From a virus (taxonomy: Duplodnaviria > Caudoviricetes), in the IMG/VR virus record IMGVR_UViG_3300033068_001847, positions 32,001 to 96,000 of that record: a stretch of DNA of 64,000 nucleotides, one strand, 5' to 3'. The position numbers and the translations under genes were made by a program. Below, one piece after another: positions 47,862 through 56,566 of the stretch. The first letter of the stretch is position 1. Each line of letters starts with the position of its first letter. Under the pieces are notes generated by a model, which worked only from the letters and a program-made list of their open reading frames with translations, was not told the DNA's origin and did not search any database.

Positions 47862-49790
47862 TTATTTAATTATATAACTAAAAGTAAATCTATGATTTTC
47901 TGATCCTAGACTATATAAAAAGCTTGTAATATTTAATAAAGCATTATCATTTGATGTATCTGCCATTATAGTTAAAACTACACTATTGTTTAAATTTGTC
48001 CATGCACCTAAACCAGATAAATCATCAGTATGTGTAAAATTTGACGGAATTGGTAAGGATAAATTTATAGTTGTTGTAGTACTGTTAGCATTAACGTCAA
48101 AATCTAAATTTCCATATACCGTTACAACATCTCCAACTCTAGTGTATGTACATGTATGGGCACTACTTGAGGTTATATTAGTAGCATTAGATAAAGTTGG
48201 AACATATGTTCCACTTAATAAATTATTAGCAGATGTATTTCCTGTTACAACTAAATTACTATTAATTTGTGTAGTACCTGATCCAGTATAATGAAATTTT
48301 ATATTACCATTACCATCCGAAATTATAATATTATCTGATATATTACCTAACATATAATTACCTGCACCAATAACAGTATTAGCTGATCCAGTACTTATCC
48401 CATTTATGTTAAATCCTACAAACGTATTCCTAATACCAGTGTTAATATTTGTACCACTACCACCACCAATTACTGTATTATATGAACCAGTACTTATTGA
48501 TGATATATTAAATGCACCTATACCGACATTCTGTTCACCACTGGTTAAATAACCACCTAATACATTACTACCAATAGCTATATTATAATTACCTGAAGGA
48601 GTACCACCAGTAGCATTTCTTAATGCACCTTCACCAAATACTAAATTTCCACTACCACCATTATCTCTACCAATACCAACGGTAATATTACCTCCAATTA
48701 AAATATTTCGATCACTTGTTAAATGTAAAACACTAGTAAAAGTATTTCCAGACCTACTAAAACCCATTCGTAATTCACCAGTACTTGCAGTTGTACCTTG
48801 AACTGGTAATGTCCAAATTCTCCATTCATTATCTTCTGGACCATTACTTGTAGTATATGCGTTACTTGTAAATCGAAGTGCTGGTGCTGGTCTTTGAGAA
48901 CCATTACTTGCTACGGTGTAATTGTCATTAGCTAATCGAAGTCCATCTGCTAATGTTGCTCCACTAACATTTAAAAGAACTAATAACCCATCATCTTGTA
49001 TTTTTAATCTTTCTACTGAAGATTTACTATAAACAAAGGGTGCACCAGTAGCTGAAACACCGTTATCAATTCTTAATCCTTCACCACTACCTATATTATA
49101 TATACCTACATTTCGACTAGCTTTATAATTATAAGATTGAAAATTAATTCCATTTGAACCATTATTATTACTAATATTTATACCAAATGCACCTTTATAA
49201 TCTACATATAATGCTGTATTTGATTTTGTATTTAAAGTAACAGAACCATTATAGTCTATACTAAATATAGTACCGTTATTATTAAATGAATTTTCAATAA
49301 AAAGACTATTCGAAAAGTTTCTAAGTCTAAAATCAGTCCTACCAGTATCTCCATATGTTATACCTGATGTAGTAAAATCAATTGATGATGATGATCCACT
49401 TGACAATCTATTAAGTTCAATTTTTGTTGTTGTGCCTGTACTTGAAAATCGCTTAACCCCAACAAAAGTTTGATCTATAGTTGTCATTATACCACCGAAA
49501 GAAGATGATGCTGGTTCTAAATTTAATATTCCTGATGATAATGTTAAACCTGAAGCATTCGGTGTATTACCAATAATTTCTGTACTAACTCCACCACCTG
49601 TTGAACCAGTAGAAGCTGTGAAATCAGCACTTAGAAAACTGCCATCACCTAAACCTAATAAAATAGTATTTGTACTTGTACCTGTAATGTTTAATGAAAT
49701 TGGTCTCTTATTATAACCAATTGTCCAATTTTCAGCAAGCGATCTAGTAACGTAATTTGGTATATCAGAAAGATTACTATTTAAACCCAT
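47862..49790 (-). CDS. Tail fibre/adhesin-like protein (642 aa)
   Basis: YadA-head-like NIAIG/NTVIG repeats; C-terminal domain shared with paralogs; carries repeat copy 2. Confidence 0.72.
   Translation of the reverse strand: MGLNSNLSDIPNYVTRSLAENWTIGYNKRPISLNITGTSTNTILLGLGDGSFLSADFTASTGSTGGGVSTEIIGNTPNASGLTLSSGILNLEPASSSFGGIMTTIDQTFVGVKRFSSTGTTTKIELNRLSSGSSSSIDFTTSGITYGDTGRTDFRLRNFSNSLFIENSFNNNGTIFSIDYNGSVTLNTKSNTALYVDYKGAFGINISNNNGSNGINFQSYNYKASRNVGIYNIGSGEGLRIDNGVSATGAPFVYSKSSVERLKIQDDGLLVLLNVSGATLADGLRLANDNYTVASNGSQRPAPALRFTSNAYTTSNGPEDNEWRIWTLPVQGTTASTGELRMGFSRSGNTFTSVLHLTSDRNILIGGNITVGIGRDNGGSGNLVFGEGALRNATGGTPSGNYNIAIGSNVLGGYLTSGEQNVGIGAFNISSISTGSYNTVIGGGSGTNINTGIRNTFVGFNINGISTGSANTVIGAGNYMLGNISDNIIISDGNGNIKFHYTGSGTTQINSNLVVTGNTSANNLLSGTYVPTLSNATNITSSSAHTCTYTRVGDVVTVYGNLDFDVNANSTTTTINLSLPIPSNFTHTDDLSGLGAWTNLNNSVVLTIMADTSNDNALLNITSFLYSLGSENHRFTFSYIIK
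49246..49601. repeat. 356-bp perfect direct repeat, copy 2
   Basis: Identical to 38847-39202. Confidence 0.92.
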
Positions 49791-49855
49791 TTATCTCTTT
49801 TATTATAAATATTATCATTTACAATTTTATAAGGGATAAGTTAATTAATAGTAAT

Positions 49856-52216
49856 TTATACTAATATTTCATAACTAAAACTAAATGTATATAATTGACT
49901 TACACTTGTTTGATCAAAAAATGCACTTATTTCATCATTTGTAGTATCAGCAGTTAATGAACCCAAAAAATTGTTAGGTTTACTAACCATAAGTCCATTT
50001 AAATTTTCAACAGATGTAAAATTAGAAGGTATAGGTAAACTCATTCTCATCAATCCAGTACCTGCGCCATTACTTTGAATATTAACTGATCCATGAACAG
50101 TTACAATATTACCTATTCTAATAAATTGACATATATGTGGAACTGTTGCTGTTATTCCAGATATGTGTGTTGTTGTTGGAGTGTATGTTCCTCCTGAGAT
50201 ATTATTTGCTGTTACATTACCACTAAAAGTAGCTGTTTGACCTGAACTAATTACTAATGCCTGAGTTTCGTTAGTATAAACATACCAATCAGTCCCTGAA
50301 TAACCATAATTTACTAATCCATTACCAGATGTATAAATATCCCATTTATTAGCACCAGAAGTTTTAAATTTAATTTGACTATTAGAACTTCCGTCTAATA
50401 TTAAATTTGGAGTTGAAGTTCCACTTATTGTAATATTATTACCATATAAACCAGTACCTGTTACTATAGTATTTCCAGAAACATATAATTTTTCAGTAGG
50501 TGAGGTATGGTTAATACCTAAGTTTCCATTACCATTTAAAATCATTCTGGTAGATCTAGTTTGGACTGAGTTACCTGAAGATAAAGTTTGAGATGTTCTG
50601 AATTCAATATTACTAGTTCCTGTTCCTACTCCAATACCTGCTAATAATTGTAAAGTACCTCCTGCAAGGTTATTACTACCACCACCTTGTGTTGAACCAG
50701 CACCTATTGTTAAAATTTGTCCTACAACTGTATTACTGGAATTAGTAATACCAATACTCTTACCAGCACCATTGGTAAACTCCAAATTAAAGTTAGGTGA
50801 TGTTGATATTGTACCAATACTCATATTTCCGGCAATACCGAAATGTCCTGCTGCCTGAACTTCTGCTAATGGTGTACCACTTGGTGTACCGCTAAGAATT
50901 AAAGTTTTAGTTTGTGTTTGAATGGAAAATGTTCCTGTATTATCAAAAACAAATGATGATTTTAATGCACCTGCTATTAATGCAGCAGCTTTACCAGAAC
51001 TATTATCTACTATAAATGCGGCATCTGGTGAACGAGATACTGTAAGATTACTTGTAAACCTTTTAGCTCCTGCAAATGTCTGAGCACCTGTCGTTGTAAT
51101 ACCACCAAATGATGTATTAGCGGGTTGTAAATATAAAGTATTTCCAGAAATAGTTGCACCTGAAGCATTTGGAACACTATCTATTATACCCATACTTAAG
51201 TTATATCCAGTAGAAACTGAACCGTCTGCCATAAGGTACTGACTAGATGTTCCACCAGATTTTATAAATGAATTTGCTGTTAAAGTACCTGTTAAAGTAC
51301 CACCAGTTAATGATAAGTAATTTAGTGGTGGTATCGTTGTCAAATACGTATTTGAGTCTACAGAACCATCTGCTTTAAGAAATTGTGAACTTGTACCACC
51401 TGATTTTATAAATGAATTTGATAATAAATCTCCGCTTTTACTCATTGAAGATCTTAATTGTCCATTATGTCTCCATTCTTGTATAGCACCGATCCCGGTA
51501 TTAGCTGTATTATCTGCAATGAATGTAGGTGTTGTTGTTCCTACATTTGAAACTCTTAGAGCATGACTACTATTACTTGGATAATTTATTTCTAATGAAC
51601 CTGTTGTTGATTTATCTCCTGTTAGTCCTGATTGATCCGTATTAATAGTCCAACTACCACTTGTTGATCCAGTACTAACAGTTCCATCAGCCATTAAGTA
51701 CTGCGAACTTGTACCACCTATTTTGATAAATGAATTGGCTGTAATATCTCCACTTAAACCTATAGTTGTACCTGATAATAAATTAGTAAGTGTTCCACCT
51801 GATAAGGGTAAATAAGAACCTGATGTAATTCCAGTAAGATCACTTAAAAATGCAATTGTACCACCTTTATTAGGCATAGTTACATTCCAATTAGATGAAA
51901 ATGTACCTGTTAGGAAAGATCCGTTTGTATCATCTTGACTTTTTAAACCTAAACTTTTAGTTCCAATACCATCTCCACTGATTGCTGTAAAACCACTAGT
52001 GAATGTATTTGTTACCATTAACGTAGCAAATGATGACACCATATTAAGATCACCAGTTAACGTACCACCTGTTAAAGGTAAATAATCTGATAAATCAGGA
52101 AAAGTAACAATATTTGTATGACCCGATATTGCAGATATAGGTAAAGTAGATCCTGTAATTTGAGAACCTTTTAATTTAAGTTCAACTATTTGTTCTTGTC
52201 TTATTAACGATGCCAT
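49856..52216 (-). CDS. Tail fibre/adhesin-like protein (786 aa)
   Basis: YLPLTGGTLTG fibre motifs, three SFIKxGGTSSQ repeats, GNLGINHTSP and the shared C-terminal domain. Confidence 0.75.
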   Translation of the reverse strand: MASLIRQEQIVELKLKGSQITGSTLPISAISGHTNIVTFPDLSDYLPLTGGTLTGDLNMVSSFATLMVTNTFTSGFTAISGDGIGTKSLGLKSQDDTNGSFLTGTFSSNWNVTMPNKGGTIAFLSDLTGITSGSYLPLSGGTLTNLLSGTTIGLSGDITANSFIKIGGTSSQYLMADGTVSTGSTSGSWTINTDQSGLTGDKSTTGSLEINYPSNSSHALRVSNVGTTTPTFIADNTANTGIGAIQEWRHNGQLRSSMSKSGDLLSNSFIKSGGTSSQFLKADGSVDSNTYLTTIPPLNYLSLTGGTLTGTLTANSFIKSGGTSSQYLMADGSVSTGYNLSMGIIDSVPNASGATISGNTLYLQPANTSFGGITTTGAQTFAGAKRFTSNLTVSRSPDAAFIVDNSSGKAAALIAGALKSSFVFDNTGTFSIQTQTKTLILSGTPSGTPLAEVQAAGHFGIAGNMSIGTISTSPNFNLEFTNGAGKSIGITNSSNTVVGQILTIGAGSTQGGGSNNLAGGTLQLLAGIGVGTGTSNIEFRTSQTLSSGNSVQTRSTRMILNGNGNLGINHTSPTEKLYVSGNTIVTGTGLYGNNITISGTSTPNLILDGSSNSQIKFKTSGANKWDIYTSGNGLVNYGYSGTDWYVYTNETQALVISSGQTATFSGNVTANNISGGTYTPTTTHISGITATVPHICQFIRIGNIVTVHGSVNIQSNGAGTGLMRMSLPIPSNFTSVENLNGLMVSKPNNFLGSLTADTTNDEISAFFDQTSVSQLYTFSFSYEILV

Positions 52217-52228
52217 TACTTATAAATA

Positions 52229-53107
52229 TTATGATACCTTATAATCAGCAATAATATCATCAGTTGGGAAAGGTGGAATGGTGAAGGTTATTTCATCACT
52301 TCCAGTTTCGGTATATTGATCATCACGTATTTGACGAATACCATTTAAATATATTTTTGAAGATCCAGATACAAAATTATAAGTGGTGGTAAAAACAGTA
52401 TTTACACCATCTAATACACCAGTTAATCCATAATCACTATATTCATCACCACCACTAAGACTATACCTGCCATCTAAATTTGTAATAAAAGACCCTAAAA
52501 GAGTGGTAAGAGTTAAATTACCATTTGTTGCATTAAAATCTAAATCGGTAATACTACCTCCACCACTTCCACCACCTGCACCGGGGACATAAATTACAAT
52601 ATCTATTATTTGGTCATCACTTAATGGTTCATTTAAAATAATATTATGACTAAGAGTAGTGGTATATTCACTCTCGTTTAATCTCGCACCGTTAATAAAA
52701 ATATCTAGGTAATCACTATTGAATGGAACTACTGTAGTAATTGTAGTTTGACCGTCTGTAGAAATATAGGTTTCAACAACCCTTCCAAGTCCAGACGTTG
52801 ATCCTGTTCCGATATCAGTATTATAACTAGTAATTAATACTTTATCATTATTTAATTCAATTGAGATATTCGGACCAGCTTCTAACGTATAGAACATGCG
52901 ATCTTCGAAATCAAAGGTTTGAATTAAACCTTCATCGTTTACTGATAATACTCTATTTTCTATAGATCCGTTTAATACATATGTTAAGGATGTATTACCA
53001 CTAACTACTAAATTTTCATCTAAGGTTATACTACCTCCAAAATTTGCAGTAGTACCTGATAAAATTTTTGCTTGGCGGGTTAAGTCTAATAAAGTAGTAT
53101 ATTTCAT
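52229..53107 (-). CDS. Virion protein/fibre adaptor (292 aa)
   Basis: N-terminus homologous to the 1156-aa fibre; two [FY][IL]NG.R Ig-like repeats. Confidence 0.6.
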   Translation of the reverse strand: MKYTTLLDLTRQAKILSGTTANFGGSITLDENLVVSGNTSLTYVLNGSIENRVLSVNDEGLIQTFDFEDRMFYTLEAGPNISIELNNDKVLITSYNTDIGTGSTSGLGRVVETYISTDGQTTITTVVPFNSDYLDIFINGARLNESEYTTTLSHNIILNEPLSDDQIIDIVIYVPGAGGGSGGGSITDLDFNATNGNLTLTTLLGSFITNLDGRYSLSGGDEYSDYGLTGVLDGVNTVFTTTYNFVSGSSKIYLNGIRQIRDDQYTETGSDEITFTIPPFPTDDIIADYKVS

Positions 53108-53110
53108 TTA

Positions 53111-53163
53111 TTATAAATGAGGAAAAACTACACTCAGTAAATGTAATTTTTCCTCATTTATAA
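53111..53163. repeat. 17-bp perfect inverted repeat (long hairpin) between nrdA and the fibre cluster
   Basis: TTATAAATGAGGAAAAA (53111-53127) / TTTTTCCTCATTTATAA (53147-53163). Confidence 0.8.
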
Positions 53164-53191
53164 ATATTAAGAAAAGGGAATTATTTAATTA

Positions 53192-55519
53192 TTATGCTGA
53201 ACATCCTACACATTCGTAGTCACCATCAGAGGATTTTGTTTGTTCAGTTTTAGTTAAATCAACACCTAAGTGCTTACCCTTCATTTCAATAGGTTCTGAT
53301 CTAAGATAATACATACCTGTTTTCAAACCTTTAGAGTGTGCATAAAAATGTGAAGAAGATAATTTACCTACTGTTGGAGTTTTCATAAAAATATTCATTG
53401 ATTGAGATTGATCAATGAAAGGTCCACGATCAGCAGCCATGTCAATCAATTCTTTCTGAGAAATTTCCCAAACTGTTTTATATTTATCTTTTATCCATTT
53501 TTCAATTACTGGAATATCTTGAATTGAACTATTATTTTTAATTATTTCATTAATTACTTCTTCAGTCCATAGACCTTCTTTTTCAAGATCTTCAACTAAA
53601 TACTTATTTGAAATTGTATAATCTCCACCTAATACTTTTCTACTATATAAATTATAATTAAATGGTTCAAAACATTCATTAGCACCTGTTAAAATGGCTG
53701 AGGATGCGGTAGGCATACCAGCACAAAATAATGAATTTACAACACCATATTTAATTACATTTTTACGTAACGATTTCCAATCCCACATACCTGACAACTG
53801 ATCTTCTGTAACTCCCCACATATCAAACTGGAAGATACCTTTACTCATTGGAGATCCTTCAAAATATTTATAAGTTTCACCAGTAGCTTTAGCAGTTTCC
53901 ATTGATTGTTCAACTGCTGCAAAGTAAATAGTTTCAGCTATTTTTTTATTTAAATCCCTAGCTTCAAGTGAAGTAAATGGTAAGTTTAATAAAGCAAATG
54001 TATCTGCTAATCCTTGAATTCCAATACCCATTGCTCGTTGTTCTAATCCACCTTTTTTACCCTCTTTGGTTGAGTATGAATTAATGTCTATTACTTTATT
54101 AAGATATTTTGCAACTATTTTAGTTTTTTCATACAATTTTTGAAAATCAAAAGCTCCATCAACTACGTAGTTTTTAAGAACTAAAGAAGCTAACGTACAA
54201 ATAGCTGTATATTCTTCATCTGTTAATACATCCTTACCAGTAGCTTCAACAATCTCATTACATAAATTTGAAGATTTAATTGTTGATATGTTTTGGTGAT
54301 TTGATTTCTTATTAATATTATCTTTAAAAGACATATAAGGCATACCAGTTTCAATTTGAGAGTCTAGGATTTTTAACCATAACTCTTTTGCAGAAACTTG
54401 AGTACCTATACCTAACTCAACCGCTTTATTATATTCAGTTTCATATTCTTCACCGTAAATTTCATATAAAGGTTTTAAACCTGCTTTCTTAATATCATCA
54501 GGACAAAATAAATACCACTCAGTGTTATAATATACTGCTTTCATAAAATTATCTGGAATCCATAAAGCAGTAAATATATCTCTTGCTCTTAATTCATCTA
54601 ATCCACCGTTTTTACGTATATCCAATAAATCTTCAATATCCTTATGCCAAGGTTCTAAGTATACTGCACATGATCCCGGTCTTTTACCACGCTGATTAAA
54701 AAATCGTAAAGCTTCGTTAATCATTTTAACGTACTTTAGCAATCCACCAGCTTTACCATCTTCTTTACCTACGTTACTTTCCTTAGAACGTATATTATGT
54801 AATGCGATTCCAATACCTTCAGCTTTTGCTGAAGATCTGCAAACTCTGTTATGTAAATCAAGTAATGAATCTGAATCATCATTACCTAACATACTTAAAT
54901 TACAAGATGCATATTGAGCATCAATAGTTCCTGCATTTAATGTAGTTGGAGTTGCACTAGAAATTTCATGTAATGATAAACTATCATATAACTCTTTAAA
55001 GTCCTCGAATGTATCAGTAACTGATAATGCAACACGAATATACATGTGTTGAGGACGTTCTAGGTTGTTCTTGTTTTTATCCTTTAATAGATAAGTACTT
55101 CTTAATTTTCCATATCCGAAGTAATCAAATAAGAAATCTCTTTCGTGTTGAACTACTTCATTAATTTGTGTATGATATTCTTTTACCTTATTTAAATACT
55201 CTTCTGTTACAATCCCTAATTCAAATAATCTTTTTGTAACCTTGTAAATATCTTCAGGTATTTCTTTATGTAGTCTCGAAATACCAATATTACCAGCTAA
55301 TCTGGAATAATCAGGATGTTTGAGGATCATTCCAGCAGCAGTTTGTCCAATAAGTTCATCTAACTGCTTAGTGGTCATGTTTGTACCAATACCTTGAGTG
55401 ACTTTTAGAAAAATTGTGTCACTATCAACTTTTAAATTCTCTGCTTGTTTCTTGATTCTATTTAAGATTTTACTTGGATTAAAATCTACTTCTGTACCGT
55501 TTCTTTTTATTATCTTCAT
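53192..55519 (-). CDS. nrdA: Ribonucleotide reductase class Ia alpha subunit with ATP cone (probable start MKIIKRNG at 55519)
   Basis: ATP cone IIKRNG, SATPTTLNAG, SSNLCNEI, MPTASSA, KTGMYYLR and C-terminal CVGCSA. Confidence 0.96.
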   Translation of the reverse strand: MKIIKRNGTEVDFNPSKILNRIKKQAENLKVDSDTIFLKVTQGIGTNMTTKQLDELIGQTAAGMILKHPDYSRLAGNIGISRLHKEIPEDIYKVTKRLFELGIVTEEYLNKVKEYHTQINEVVQHERDFLFDYFGYGKLRSTYLLKDKNKNNLERPQHMYIRVALSVTDTFEDFKELYDSLSLHEISSATPTTLNAGTIDAQYASCNLSMLGNDDSDSLLDLHNRVCRSSAKAEGIGIALHNIRSKESNVGKEDGKAGGLLKYVKMINEALRFFNQRGKRPGSCAVYLEPWHKDIEDLLDIRKNGGLDELRARDIFTALWIPDNFMKAVYYNTEWYLFCPDDIKKAGLKPLYEIYGEEYETEYNKAVELGIGTQVSAKELWLKILDSQIETGMPYMSFKDNINKKSNHQNISTIKSSNLCNEIVEATGKDVLTDEEYTAICTLASLVLKNYVVDGAFDFQKLYEKTKIVAKYLNKVIDINSYSTKEGKKGGLEQRAMGIGIQGLADTFALLNLPFTSLEARDLNKKIAETIYFAAVEQSMETAKATGETYKYFEGSPMSKGIFQFDMWGVTEDQLSGMWDWKSLRKNVIKYGVVNSLFCAGMPTASSAILTGANECFEPFNYNLYSRKVLGGDYTISNKYLVEDLEKEGLWTEEVINEIIKNNSSIQDIPVIEKWIKDKYKTVWEISQKELIDMAADRGPFIDQSQSMNIFMKTPTVGKLSSSHFYAHSKGLKTGMYYLRSEPIEMKGKHLGVDLTKTEQTKSSDGDYECVGCSA

Positions 55520-55558
55520 TTTTATAAATATAAAATTTACCTGATTTATTATTAAAAT

Positions 55559-55600
55559 ATTTCCAAGTAGTGCCCTATAAAAAGACAACTACTTGGAAAT
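55559..55600. repeat. 13-bp inverted repeat between nrdB and nrdA
   Basis: ATTTCCAAGTAGT / ACTACTTGGAAAT. Confidence 0.65.
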
Positions 55601-55606
55601 TAAATA

Positions 55607-56566
55607 CTAAAATTCTTCATCAAAATTTAGTTCACCAGTTAAATCAGGTTTTTTATATTCTGTAGGTCTACCCTCGAAAAAATTCTGCTTAGATTTCAAT
55701 GCAATTTGGTTCATAAAATCTAAAGGTTGACTAACATTGAACTCAGGAGTACAACCCATTTGTATTAAAAGTTGATCTGTTACATATTCCAGATACTGAA
55801 TCATTAACTTACTGTTCATTCCTATCAGTGGCACTGGTAGAGCTTCTGTAGCGAACTCTTTTTCTATTTCCAATGCTGATAACATAATCTCTTTTATACG
55901 AGCTTGTGAGGGCTTATTTACAACATGATTATTTAATAAATGAATTGCAAAATCACAATGTAAAGTTTCATCACGTTGGATCAATGCGTTTGATTGACAT
56001 AAACCTTTCATTAATCCTTTTGATTTCAAAAAGAAAATTGATGCGAAAGAAGCAGCGAAGAAAATTCCTTCAACAGCAGCAAAAGCAATTAACCTGTCAC
56101 TGAATGAATCACTTTCAATCCAATTCAGTGCCCAATTAGCTTTTTTAGCTACAATAGGCATATTTGTGATTGCATTAAAACACTCATCCTTTTCTACAGC
56201 ATTTTTGATATAATTATCAATTAACTCTGAATACATTTGTGAATGAATATTCTCCATCATGATTTGGAATCCATAAAAGAATTTTGCTTCACTATATTGT
56301 ACTTCTCTTACAAAATTCTCAGCAATATTTTCACTTACAATCCCATCAGATGCAGCAAAAAAAGCTAAAGTATTTTTAATGAAAAATCTTTCATCATCAC
56401 TTAAATTATTCCAATCTTTTTGATCTTCACTAATATCTATTTCTTCTACCCTCCAAAATGCACTTTCCTGTATCTTATAATAATCCCAAATATCATGATG
56501 TTGAATTGGATATATTACAAATCTATTTTCTTGTTCTTGTAAGATTGGTTCTTTAATTACTGTCAT
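55607..56566 (-). CDS. nrdB: Ribonucleotide reductase class Ia beta subunit
   Basis: FFAASDGIV, MENIHSQMY, VEGIFF, RDETLH and KQNFFE motifs. Confidence 0.96.
   Translation of the reverse strand: MTVIKEPILQEQENRFVIYPIQHHDIWDYYKIQESAFWRVEEIDISEDQKDWNNLSDDERFFIKNTLAFFAASDGIVSENIAENFVREVQYSEAKFFYGFQIMMENIHSQMYSELIDNYIKNAVEKDECFNAITNMPIVAKKANWALNWIESDSFSDRLIAFAAVEGIFFAASFASIFFLKSKGLMKGLCQSNALIQRDETLHCDFAIHLLNNHVVNKPSQARIKEIMLSALEIEKEFATEALPVPLIGMNSKLMIQYLEYVTDQLLIQMGCTPEFNVSQPLDFMNQIALKSKQNFFEGRPTEYKKPDLTGELNFDEEF

Noticed and set aside
38847-49601. Diversity-generating retroelement (TR/VR pair) or invertible shufflon
   Set aside because: The copies are identical with no adenine-specific mismatches, lie mid-gene in direct orientation, and no reverse transcriptase or invertase is in the window.
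55520-55588. Track-predicted N-terminal extensions (nrdA, and likewise starts at 14120, 17479, 19726, 34825, 62701)
   Set aside because: The extensions overlap hairpins, terminators, promoters or upstream genes; downstream ATGs fit domain starts better.
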